Part shown: positions 19,917 to 29,171 of the stretch, in pieces
Layout: each line of letters begins with the position of its first letter
How positions within the stretch are numbered: the first letter of the stretch is position 1
Origin: an uncultured Pseudomonadota bacterium
GTDB lineage: Bacteria; Vulcanimicrobiota; Vulcanimicrobiia; Eremiobacterales; Eremiobacteraceae
DNA length: 64,000 nt
NCBI GenBank assembly: GCA_963736005.1
Contig: CAVTNB010000001.1
Coordinates: 352,001-416,000 of the forward strand
Direction: 5' to 3'
Notes under the pieces: generated by a model
Seen by the model: only the letters and a program-made list of their open reading frames with translations
Databases searched by the model: none
Told to the model about the DNA's origin: nothing
Position numbers and translations under genes: made by a program

Positions 19917-21245
19917 CTAATTGCGCACATCGATGCGCCCCAGGGGCAGTTCAACGCGCCCGCCAGTGGATAGGTGCGCAGCTGGTCGAGTAGGATTCTT
20001 TGTTGTGAGTGGGAGGACGCAGCGCACTTGTGCACCACCACCAGGCGCATTGCTCAGCTCGATCCGTCCATCAAAGGCGTCTATGATAGATTTGGCAATC
20101 GCCAGGCCCAACCCATAGCCAGCAGCGCGCGCGCGTACCTCGTCGTCGCGCCAAAAACGTTCGAATCCGCGGACAATGGCGGTAGCACTGAATCCCACGC
20201 CATTGTCGCAAACTAACACTTCACCACGATGATCCGCTACGCGCACGCGAACGGCTACGCTGCCGTACCGCGGCGCATACTTGATTGCATTTTGCACGAG
20301 CGCTGCCACCGCGCAAGTGAACGATGCTTCGTCTCCCTCTACAAAGATCGGGCCTTCAGTGTGGCAAGCGAGTGCAACACATCGCTCTGCGCTGATAGGG
20401 AGTAGTCGCTGGCAGACCGTTTCGCAGAGCGCTGAAATGTCGATCGTGCCTCGCATTCGACGATCCGCCTCTGCTCGCGCTATTGCGAGCATATCATCGA
20501 TCAGGATAGTCATCCTGTTCGCCTCTCGTTGAATCGACCTCAAGGCATCGCGACATCCGGTGGAACTGCAGCCATTTTCGATCGCGAGATCTGTTTCCGC
20601 GCGGATTACGGATAGTGGCGTTCTCAACTCGTGGGAAGCATCAGCGGTAAAGCGGCGTTGGCGCTCCAGAGCATCGTTAAGAGCATGGCGCGAAACCTTG
20701 TCGATGATCACGGTGCCGAGGACGCCGATTGTAAGGATAGCACCCACAAGGGTCCATAAAACCGCGCCCTCCATCTCGCGTAACCATTCTTCGGGACGCC
20801 AGACCACAATAGTGCCGAACCTCATTCCCCCGTGAATGACTGGCCGGATGTAGACGCGCAGCTGATCAACCCCCTGCCCAAGTGACTCGAATGAATCGGT
20901 TGAGCCCGGGCGCGAGACGAATTTCGTGATATCTGCGGGGATGCTCGACGCACTGCTCATCAACGTCGCCCCGGAGCGACCGAAAATTGCGCCGTTTACT
21001 TGCAGGGTGAGTGTGTGGTTGAATTGGCGAATGTCAGCTGCATCGAGGTGGAGATCGTACTTACCATAATCCGCCAAAGCCTCGAGCGCCTCGGCGGTCA
21101 CCGTTAATCGGGTATCGAGAGAACCCCTAACGACGCCATGAAGAGTGATCAGTGCAATAGTTGAGAGAACGAGCAAGCCACCCAAGAGCATTGCCGTTGA
21201 CGTGAGAACTAACCGTTCTCGCGGCGTTGCGAAACGCAGTTGCAT
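19917..21245 (-). CDS. Sensor histidine kinase
   Basis: Two TM segments, H-box FTADASHELRTPL, N-box NAIKY, DNGVG and GYGLGLAI; TGATG overlap with the regulator. Confidence 0.93.
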   Translation of the reverse strand: MQLRFATPRERLVLTSTAMLLGGLLVLSTIALITLHGVVRGSLDTRLTVTAEALEALADYGKYDLHLDAADIRQFNHTLTLQVNGAIFGRSGATLMSSASSIPADITKFVSRPGSTDSFESLGQGVDQLRVYIRPVIHGGMRFGTIVVWRPEEWLREMEGAVLWTLVGAILTIGVLGTVIIDKVSRHALNDALERQRRFTADASHELRTPLSVIRAETDLAIENGCSSTGCRDALRSIQREANRMTILIDDMLAIARAEADRRMRGTIDISALCETVCQRLLPISAERCVALACHTEGPIFVEGDEASFTCAVAALVQNAIKYAPRYGSVAVRVRVADHRGEVLVCDNGVGFSATAIVRGFERFWRDDEVRARAAGYGLGLAIAKSIIDAFDGRIELSNAPGGGAQVRCVLPLTTKNPTRPAAHLSTGGRVELPLGRIDVRN

Positions 21246-21934
21246 CAGGACTCCGATGAGGGACCAAACCGATAGCCTGCACCGCGGATGGTCTGGAGTA
21301 TCGGTGGTTCTGCTTCGGCGCACAACTGAGAACGCAGACGGCTGACATACACTGCGATCACGTTGTCGGCATCCGATTCGTCATCACGATTAAAGAGCGC
21401 CTGCTCCAGCATACGCCGCGTCACGAGCCGGCACGCGTTGCGCATGAAGTATTCAAGAAAGGCAAATTCGCGCGCAGTAAGGAGCAGTTCACGCGCGCCC
21501 CGGTAAGCCCGGCGCGCAGCAAGGTCGAGACACACATCTCCCACCCTTAATTCGGCAAGCGGTGCGACCGTGGACAACTCGCGTCGCGTCAGCGCGAGCA
21601 ATCTAGCCTCGAGTTCGCGAAAGACAAACGGCTTGCGCACGTAGTCCTCAGCACCAGCGTTGAGGCCCTCAACCGTATCGTCGACCGTATCACGTGAAGT
21701 GAGGATGAGGACCGGTGTCTGAACCCTTTGACCGCGTAGCGTACGCAAAACCGTCAATCCATCGCGAATCGGCAGATTCAGATCGAGCACAATAGCGTCG
21801 TAGTTCCCGCCAAGTGCGCAGTCCTCGCCCACCAGACCATTGTACGCAACATCGACGACATGACCGCGTTGCTTGAGGCCACGCTGCAAAACATCGCACA
21901 GAGGCTCATCATCTTCGATGACTAGCAGCTTCAT
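21245..21934 (-). CDS. OmpR-family response regulator
   Basis: LLVIEDD, VLDLNLP, KPF and winged-helix TIRGAGY motifs. Confidence 0.95.
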   Translation of the reverse strand: MKLLVIEDDEPLCDVLQRGLKQRGHVVDVAYNGLVGEDCALGGNYDAIVLDLNLPIRDGLTVLRTLRGQRVQTPVLILTSRDTVDDTVEGLNAGAEDYVRKPFVFRELEARLLALTRRELSTVAPLAELRVGDVCLDLAARRAYRGARELLLTAREFAFLEYFMRNACRLVTRRMLEQALFNRDDESDADNVIAVYVSRLRSQLCAEAEPPILQTIRGAGYRFGPSSES

Positions 21935-22032
21935 TGGACAATCATTCCTTGCGCAGCTTGACTAAACCTAACTGCGACCTTCAGGAACCCTCGATTTCTC
22001 TAAGCGCCACCGTCTGCCCCCCGGCGCCAAAA

Positions 22033-24753
22033 TTACAGCCGGTATTGCACGGTGAACATCACTTGCGTCGCCGGCAATCCGTACAGTTCGCTACCCTGCG
22101 TCAGGGAGCTTGTATCGGTTCCGAACTGGTTCTCAGGCTGGAATGTCCCGAGACCAATGAGCCCATATCGGCTTGTTGCGGCGCTGTTGAATAAGTTATT
22201 GATGCCGAGCGTGAACGTAGCTAAGCCGGCGGTTTTCGATGCAGAGGCATTCGTCCACCAAAACGGAGGATGATTGATCGCATTGTTCTGATCCATGTAA
22301 TTGTACTCAACTCGCATATCAACGCCGGCGGTGCGTTCGAAAGCGACGGAATATTTGTGCAGCGGAACGCCCTCGAGTTGCGAGTTGTTGATGATGGTAA
22401 AGTTTTGCTGCAGGATTGAGTCGGGCACGCCGATGTAGAACGCCGACTGGGTATCATATACGTAGTCTGCAAAGAGATTATCCGCTAGGTACTCTCTTCC
22501 CGACAGCTCGATGCCGCGATACCGAGCTGCGGCCGCATTGAAGGTTGTATTCACCGCGAGGTTCGCGATAGTCGGATTGGGGATGTTCGGACAGATAGAA
22601 GCGATCTTGTTAAGATAGAGTTGAATCGTTTGCTGCGGCACCGTATTACCAACGGCAGTGAAAGGAAGCGTGCCTGAAAAGAGTGCGCCTTGTTCGTTTG
22701 ACTGGTAGAGATTGAGTTGCAACGAGTTGTCGCCATTGAATCGGTGGCCGAAGGCAAATTCATAATCGGTTGCCTTCTCGGGGCCCAGATTTCGATCGGC
22801 GACGTCGCCGATCGTAGATTGTAGGTTCCCCGCGCAGTTTGGGAAGAAACTGCCGACGTTGCCGTTGACCGCGGGAGCGGCAAAAACCAGAGACGGTTGC
22901 GGAACGCTGGTGGAATGCCCTGCTGTCACACGCAACACGTCTGCGCCGGATGGCCTAAACATGACCGAGACCCGTGGGTCGAAGGAGGTAACCGGCGTTA
23001 CGTTTGCATGCTTCAGCCACAAGTTGAGAAAGAACGAGAGCCGACTATTCGGGTATATTTGATCGTTGATAAAATAGCCCGTGTCATTTATATCGAACGG
23101 TTGCAGGAATACGATCTGATTTATCACTTGGTTGGGGTTTGTAACATTATCCGGAAATTGATCGTTTGTTATTTCTTGATGTTCGAGCGAGTACCCGAAG
23201 CCAAAATCGTTCTTCGACGAGGCGATATCATCGGTAACGAGCAGCCCGTGGGTAACAAAGAAGTGTGATCGAAAAAATGCTGAGGCAACCGCACGATTAA
23301 AGTCAGTCGTGTAGTTGTCAACGTAGCCGTCGACGATGAACGTGTTATTGTTGGTCGACTTGGTGAATCTAGCGTCGTAGTCCTGATTTTTGATGGCCTG
23401 CCAAGGCCCGGGGCCGCCACCCGCTGGACCCGAGCTCTGTTGAGCATACTGACTGGGCGCAAGGCACTTGAACTTGGGGGGAGCGTCGACAAGAACGGCG
23501 ATCGATCCCGTACAGGTCTCGGTGGTCCCGTTCGGAAGCGTCACTTGGGTCTGGTTGCCATTTTGAAGCAGCGCTTCCTGCGCATTGTGGAGTTGAAACG
23601 CGTAAGGAAGATTGTCTTGATCACCGTTACCGGTCTTATCGTCCCAGGACGTGGTCGAAAAGGTGGTGAGTTGCAACTTCGTTGAGCCGTCAAAGCTGTA
23701 TACGAGCTTTGCCAAGTCGTTGCGTAAGACGTAGTTCCCTGAAACCGCGTATGTGTTCGCGATTTCGTTTGCCGAAGTCAAATTATTACCCAACAGGCCG
23801 CGCTCGGTGATCTGTTCGGGTGCAAACTGGCCATAGGTTCCCTGAACCGCGTGCATTAACGCGTACCCGAGTTTGCTAATGGTTCCTGTCGTTTGAAGTC
23901 CGGTCAGCAGTTTGCCGTCGTTGCCGATGCCCTGCTCGATAACAGTGCTGTTTCTCAGCGTTGGTTCGAGCGTTTGGTAATCCACCGTCCCCGCGATCGT
24001 ATCGACTCCGTAGAGACCGGTTGCGCCGGAACCGTAGGTCACCTGGATTCCACGGAGGCCAAAGAACGGAGACACTTGCGAATCGTACGTGTTGAAGGCA
24101 TTGACCGCTGATCCCAGCGGCCCAATTTGGTGGCCATCCAAGAGCGTGGCGGTCTCGCTCGGGTTGTAGCCGCGGATGGTGAGGAAAAGATCGTCTCCCA
24201 CGGCATTGCTGGTCGAGGCAGTAATCCCCGGTAGGATGCCGACCGCGTCGGCCGCGCGAACGAAATTCTCCGCCTGAAGGCGCTGCTGGGGAATGGTCTG
24301 ATTGATCGTCGCGCTGCTTTGGAGTGCTCTACCACCGCTTGTGACCAATACGGTTCCAATCTGTCGCACTCCGCTGGCAATGCGCCTGATTGCGGTTCGA
24401 ATCTCGGTCGCGTGTCCAGCAACCACGAGAACCTGCGAGACCTGGCTACGCTCGTAGCCAGACACGTCAACAACGATGGAATACATCCCGGGAGCGGCGG
24501 CGAGAAAACTGAACGAGCCGTCGCTAGCGGTGAGCGTTTCAGCGACTTTGCGATCCCCTTGATCTAGGTCCACTCGTGCGGCCACGATTGGCAAGCCACC
24601 GTTGGAATCGACGATTGTTCCTGTAACCGACCCCGTGGAAGCGGCAGTGGCTTGTGCGCTCGCCGCCTCGGCGAACCCCAAAGCCGCCAACCCAACTGAC
24701 AGCACCGTCGCAACGATCGCGATCGAAAGAACCTTCCGCCAGTTAGTCATCAA
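22033..24753 (-). CDS. TonB-dependent receptor (TBDR2)
   Basis: Signal peptide, GSVTGTIVD N-domain, plug (LPGI, IRG, YGSGATGLYGVDTIAGTVDY), DPRVSVMFRP and terminal VQYRL. Confidence 0.9.
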   Translation of the reverse strand: MMTNWRKVLSIAIVATVLSVGLAALGFAEAASAQATAASTGSVTGTIVDSNGGLPIVAARVDLDQGDRKVAETLTASDGSFSFLAAAPGMYSIVVDVSGYERSQVSQVLVVAGHATEIRTAIRRIASGVRQIGTVLVTSGGRALQSSATINQTIPQQRLQAENFVRAADAVGILPGITASTSNAVGDDLFLTIRGYNPSETATLLDGHQIGPLGSAVNAFNTYDSQVSPFFGLRGIQVTYGSGATGLYGVDTIAGTVDYQTLEPTLRNSTVIEQGIGNDGKLLTGLQTTGTISKLGYALMHAVQGTYGQFAPEQITERGLLGNNLTSANEIANTYAVSGNYVLRNDLAKLVYSFDGSTKLQLTTFSTTSWDDKTGNGDQDNLPYAFQLHNAQEALLQNGNQTQVTLPNGTTETCTGSIAVLVDAPPKFKCLAPSQYAQQSSGPAGGGPGPWQAIKNQDYDARFTKSTNNNTFIVDGYVDNYTTDFNRAVASAFFRSHFFVTHGLLVTDDIASSKNDFGFGYSLEHQEITNDQFPDNVTNPNQVINQIVFLQPFDINDTGYFINDQIYPNSRLSFFLNLWLKHANVTPVTSFDPRVSVMFRPSGADVLRVTAGHSTSVPQPSLVFAAPAVNGNVGSFFPNCAGNLQSTIGDVADRNLGPEKATDYEFAFGHRFNGDNSLQLNLYQSNEQGALFSGTLPFTAVGNTVPQQTIQLYLNKIASICPNIPNPTIANLAVNTTFNAAAARYRGIELSGREYLADNLFADYVYDTQSAFYIGVPDSILQQNFTIINNSQLEGVPLHKYSVAFERTAGVDMRVEYNYMDQNNAINHPPFWWTNASASKTAGLATFTLGINNLFNSAATSRYGLIGLGTFQPENQFGTDTSSLTQGSELYGLPATQVMFTVQYRL

Positions 24754-25057
24754 CGAACACCCCTTTCAGAACGCTTCTTCGCCGCCATAAGGAGAGTTGG
24801 CGTCGGAATCACGAGACGCGTCGGAGTTGTGGAATTTTTGAAAACGGCGGTGAGGCCCGCCGAGCTATCCGGCCGCGCCCCGTGTTCATCATAACGCCGA
24901 AATATTACTCTCACCTTTCAGACTTAGACCTTCAAGGCGCACTGCTGAAAGAGCATGCTCCCTAGAATCGAGGCGGAAATATTTCCACGCGCATGAGAGC
25001 AAGGGCTGCGTCTTACGCAGGCGAACGTGGCAGACGCGCGTGGGAGGCGCGACCGCG

Positions 25058-25394
25058 ATGTCGTCGCGCAGGTTTTTTCTGAGTTGTGCTCTTTCCGCCG
25101 CCGGCCTCCTGACGTCAGATCTCGTGGAGTGCAGCTCGTCCTTCCTCGGGACCCACGCCAACTCCAGTCCCGACAACCTCTGCGCCAACGGCACCAACGG
25201 CTTTGGCCAAGGAACTCGCGGCATCGCTGCAACGGAGTCTACCGAACGCAAAGCTATCCGAAGCGATAACCGCGAAGATTGCATCCGATATCCAAGACGG
25301 TTTCGCAATCAACAAAGCATTCACAAATGTTGACAATAAGAACCTTCCTCCACCGGATTTTATTTTTAGCGCTGACAACGAGCACCGGCCATGA
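25058..25394 (+). pseudogene. Small Tat-signal protein coupled to the amidase; one frameshift near 25110-25135
   Basis: MSSRRFFLSCALSAAGLL in one frame continues as ...SAARPSSGPTPTPVPTT...LAKELAASLQ...PPPDFIFSAD in the next frame; ATGA overlap with the amidase start. Confidence 0.65.
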
Positions 25395-26788
25395 GCGTGA
25401 CGTTCGCAACGATTGTCGAGCTCGGCGAGATGCTGCGCTCAAGGCAGATCAGTTCAGTTGAACTGACACACGAGTGTCTGCAACGGCTCGAGCGTTATGG
25501 TCCACAACTCAATAGTGTTGTGACGCTCATGCCGCAGCGCGCTCTGGCCGCGGCTGCGCAGGCGGACAAAGATCTCGCAACGGGAACCGACCGCGGCCCG
25601 CTGCACGGCATCCCGTACGGCGCCAAGGATCTTCTGGCCGCAGTAGGCGCGCCCACGACTTGGGGCGCCGCACCATATAAAACGCAGCACTTTTTTTATG
25701 ACGCGGAAGTGGTCGCGCGATTAGAACGCGCCGGCGCGGTTCTCGTGGGCAAACTCGCGATGATCGAGCTTGCCGGCGGGATGGGTTACAATCAGGCCGA
25801 TGCAACATTCACCGGACCTTGTAAAACGCCATGGAATCTCAATTACTGGAGCGGCGGCTCCTCGAGTGGGTCGGGCGCATCAGTTGCTTCCGGCCTGGTG
25901 CCGTTTGCAATTGGATCGGAAACCGACGGCTCCATCATGAACCCATCCGCCTACTGCGGAGACACGGGCTTGCGTCCAACATATGGGCGGGTCAGTCGCT
26001 TTGGAGCAATGCCACTTTCGTGGACACTTGACAAACTCGGTCCACTCTGCCGCTCGGCCTTGGATGCCGGCTTGGTACTCAACGCAATCGCAGGCCACGA
26101 TGACAAAGATTTTGCCTCGGTGCAGATACCTGTTGAACACCCCGACGTGGGAACCACTTCGCGACGATGGCGCATGGCCACCATAGAGGGAACGGGCCAG
26201 AAACTTCAAGCGGAGGTTGCCCGTAACTTCGAAAGGTCTCTCGAAGTGCTCGGCGCGTTGGGGACAATATCACACGCTATGCTCCCAAAGTTTCCCTACG
26301 ATGCAATGGTTGGCGCGGTTATTGCGGCAGAGGCGGCTTCATCGTTTCGCGATATCATAGAAGACGGTCGGGTCCAAGAGCTGAGAGACCCAAGCGACCG
26401 AATCGGCGGGTACTCGTATCTTGTCGTCTACGCTGTCGACTATGTTGACGCGATGCGCCAGCGCGCCGCGCTCAGGTCATCCTTCGCCAAGCTCTTTACC
26501 GATGTTGATGTTCTCGTAGCGCCCACCTTTAGCACCGTGGCGCCGCCGATCGACATTCCATTTGACAAGGCGTATCCTGGGACTGACGATGGCGCGCTCA
26601 TCACCGCTTGCAACCTCGTCGGGGTACCTGCGATCAGCGTACCAAATGGCATCGGGGCGCACGGCTTGCCAACCGGGCTCATGTTCGTGGCTCGGCCGTT
26701 TGCAGAAACCGATCTAGTGCGAATCGCATCCGCATACCAGGCGCGAACTTCACACCACCTTGAGCATCCGTCACGATTCATGATGTAG
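25391..26788 (+). CDS. Amidase-signature family enzyme (GatA-like)
   Basis: GPLHGIPYGAKD, SGGSSSGSG and GSETDGSI motifs (Ser-cisSer-Lys triad). Confidence 0.93.
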   Translation: MSVTFATIVELGEMLRSRQISSVELTHECLQRLERYGPQLNSVVTLMPQRALAAAAQADKDLATGTDRGPLHGIPYGAKDLLAAVGAPTTWGAAPYKTQHFFYDAEVVARLERAGAVLVGKLAMIELAGGMGYNQADATFTGPCKTPWNLNYWSGGSSSGSGASVASGLVPFAIGSETDGSIMNPSAYCGDTGLRPTYGRVSRFGAMPLSWTLDKLGPLCRSALDAGLVLNAIAGHDDKDFASVQIPVEHPDVGTTSRRWRMATIEGTGQKLQAEVARNFERSLEVLGALGTISHAMLPKFPYDAMVGAVIAAEAASSFRDIIEDGRVQELRDPSDRIGGYSYLVVYAVDYVDAMRQRAALRSSFAKLFTDVDVLVAPTFSTVAPPIDIPFDKAYPGTDDGALITACNLVGVPAISVPNGIGAHGLPTGLMFVARPFAETDLVRIASAYQARTSHHLEHPSRFMM

Positions 26789-27143
26789 CTTGGTTCGAAC
26801 GCTTGGCCGTGACTGCATCGACCTTGGTCAAAAGTGGGTTGGTTGATTCCTTGTCGATGCCATCGATGAACACGATCCAATGGGTCGTCGCTGATGCCGC
26901 CCGTATGGCAAGCGCTGGTTGATAGGCATCCGATTCATGCCACTGTTTCGCTTGCTCGAGCGTAGGAAATTCTACGATAGCCAATCGCTTTGGTGCGTCC
27001 GCTCCTTCGACCACCGAGGATATCGGACCGCGTGCTAGATACCTGCCCCCAAAAGGCTTCAGTGAATCGACCACGATCTTGCCGTATCGTTCCACAGCGT
27101 CGGCATCATTCCACGTGATGCAGGCAACCAAATATGCTGGCAT
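26778..27143 (-). CDS. DUF1330-family protein
   Basis: FGGRYLARG...VEG...IVEFPTLEQAKQWHESDAY pattern. Confidence 0.85.
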   Translation of the reverse strand: MPAYLVACITWNDADAVERYGKIVVDSLKPFGGRYLARGPISSVVEGADAPKRLAIVEFPTLEQAKQWHESDAYQPALAIRAASATTHWIVFIDGIDKESTNPLLTKVDAVTAKRSNQATS

Positions 27144-27167
27144 GGGTGCTCCTTTAAAATGTGTTGA

Positions 27168-27785
27168 CTAGCGATCCGCCTTTGACCACTGGATGGCGTC
27201 TTCGAGGGCTTCTTCTCCCCAAAAAAGCTCTCCCTTGACGACGCAATTCGGCGCGCCGAAAATACCGAGTTGCATCGCCTGCTCGGTATTGCTGCGCAGG
27301 AGTCCACGTTTCGCCTGCGACAGAGCTTGCGCCAAAATCGCCTCGGCGCCGGCCCCCGCATGAGTCAGAACTCGTCGGATCACCCCTTCATCAGCAATAT
27401 CCTCGTTATCGCCAAAATTGGCAACGAAGGCCGCGCGCACATACCGTGCCGCGATGGGTTCGTCCGCAACCGCGCAGCCGACCCGGGCGGCTAGGGTGCT
27501 GTTGCGGGGAAACAGTGTCGGTTTTTGCCAAGGGATTGCAAACTTTGCCGTGAGCCGTTCGACATCGCGCCACATATAAGCGCCTCGTAAAGGATTGAGA
27601 TTGTAGTGCGAATCGTTCCAGCCTTGGAGCTGAAAGATAGGACCGAGCAAAAATGGCTTCCAGCGCAAGCGCACGCTTGCCACTCGACAAAGTTCTTCAA
27701 TGCGCATCGCCGCAATATACGAGTATGGGCTTGCAAAGTCAAACCAAAATTCAAGTTCTCCGGACTTCGGGCGCGGATCATTCAC
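27168..27785 (-). CDS. 2-hydroxychromene-2-carboxylate isomerase / kappa-GST (DsbA-fold) protein
   Basis: FWFDFASPYSY, WKPFLLG and GIFGAP...ELFWG motifs. Confidence 0.88.
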   Translation of the reverse strand: MNDPRPKSGELEFWFDFASPYSYIAAMRIEELCRVASVRLRWKPFLLGPIFQLQGWNDSHYNLNPLRGAYMWRDVERLTAKFAIPWQKPTLFPRNSTLAARVGCAVADEPIAARYVRAAFVANFGDNEDIADEGVIRRVLTHAGAGAEAILAQALSQAKRGLLRSNTEQAMQLGIFGAPNCVVKGELFWGEEALEDAIQWSKADR

Positions 27786-29155
27786 TTATCTGGGCCGATC
27801 CAAATGGTCTTGACGTTGACGAATTCGCGGATGCCGAATTCGCTGAGCTCGCGCCCGTAGCCTGACGCTTTCACCCCGCCGAAGGGCAGCCTGGGATCGG
27901 ACTTGACCATGCCATTGACGAACACCGCTCCGGCTTCGATGCGTTTGATGAACTGCTCTCGCTCGCTCGCATCGCTTGTCCAAACACTGGCACCCAGACC
28001 AAACGTTGTGCTATTGGCGATCGCGATGGCCTCGTCGGCATCGCGCACGCGAAACACCATTGCAACGGGACCAAAAATCTCTTCTCTTGCAACGGCCGAT
28101 TGTGGTGGCACCTGCGCAACGATCGTGGGTGCATAATAGTAACCGGGCTGCTCCAATCTCTTGCCCCCAACCAACACCTTCGCGCCGGCGTCGACCAAGG
28201 CGTGCACTTGTCGGTCGACCTCCGAAACGCTGCTCTCATTGACAAGTGGGCCAACCTCTGTCGTCTCTGCCATCGGGTCACCCACGCGCAGCGCCTGAAA
28301 TCGCTCCACAAACTTGCGCACAAATTCATCCGCAACAGCATCCGCGACGATAAACCGTTTCGCTGCAATGCAGGATTCGCCGTTGTTCTGCACGCGCGCT
28401 TGGGTGGCGACCGCAACGGCTTGGTCCAAGTTCGCGCTCGGCATGACGATGAAAGGGTCACTGCCGCCAAGCTCGAGCACCGTCTTTTTGATTTCATGAC
28501 CGGCTTGGGAAGCGACCGTTCTCCCCGCTGGCTCACTTCCGGTCAACGTCACGGCGCGCACCCGAACGTCGCGGATGAGGCTCTCGACCGCCCCGGCACC
28601 AATGAGCAGCGATCCGAAAATGCCATCTGGGAAGCCGCTGCGCGCGAAGATCGATTCGATCGCAAGAGAGCATTGGGGCACATTTGACGCATGTTTGAGC
28701 AAGCCAGCGTTGCCAGCCATGAGCGCCGGAGCAGCAAAACGGATGACTTGCCAGAAGGGGAAATTCCACGGCATGATCGCGAGGATGACCCCTAAGGGTT
28801 CGTAGCGCACGAGACTTTCGACAGCATCGGTGGCAACGCGCTCGTCCGCAAGCTGTTGAGCCGCATGTTCGGCGTAAAACCGACATGCCCACGCACATTT
28901 TTCGACCTCTGCAACTGCTTGGCGCAGGGGCTTGCCCATTTCCAGCGTCGCTGTTTTTGCTAGCTCGCTCTTACCTGCTTCCAAGAGCTCCGCGGCTTTC
29001 ACCATATGCGTGGCTCGCGCAGAAAAACTTAACGCGCGGTTTGCTTCGAATGCACGCTGTGCAGCCACAAGTTTGTGCTCGATCTGCGCCTTCGTCAACG
29101 GCTCGAACTGTTTGAGTATCTGCCCGGTGGCAGGATTCACACTTGCAATGGCCAT
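27782..29155 (-). CDS. NAD(P)-dependent succinate-semialdehyde dehydrogenase family ALDH
   Basis: MPWNFPFWQV.RFAAP.LMAGN, LKHASNVP, LELGGSDPF and NNGESCIAAKR motifs; start at MAIASVNP. Confidence 0.9.
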   Translation of the reverse strand: MAIASVNPATGQILKQFEPLTKAQIEHKLVAAQRAFEANRALSFSARATHMVKAAELLEAGKSELAKTATLEMGKPLRQAVAEVEKCAWACRFYAEHAAQQLADERVATDAVESLVRYEPLGVILAIMPWNFPFWQVIRFAAPALMAGNAGLLKHASNVPQCSLAIESIFARSGFPDGIFGSLLIGAGAVESLIRDVRVRAVTLTGSEPAGRTVASQAGHEIKKTVLELGGSDPFIVMPSANLDQAVAVATQARVQNNGESCIAAKRFIVADAVADEFVRKFVERFQALRVGDPMAETTEVGPLVNESSVSEVDRQVHALVDAGAKVLVGGKRLEQPGYYYAPTIVAQVPPQSAVAREEIFGPVAMVFRVRDADEAIAIANSTTFGLGASVWTSDASEREQFIKRIEAGAVFVNGMVKSDPRLPFGGVKASGYGRELSEFGIREFVNVKTIWIGPDK

Positions 29156-29171
29156 GGTTAGCGTTTTCCTA

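Noticed and set aside
25391..26788. Calling the amidase gatA
   Set aside because: No gatB is adjacent and the partner has a Tat signal; it is a general amidase-signature enzyme.
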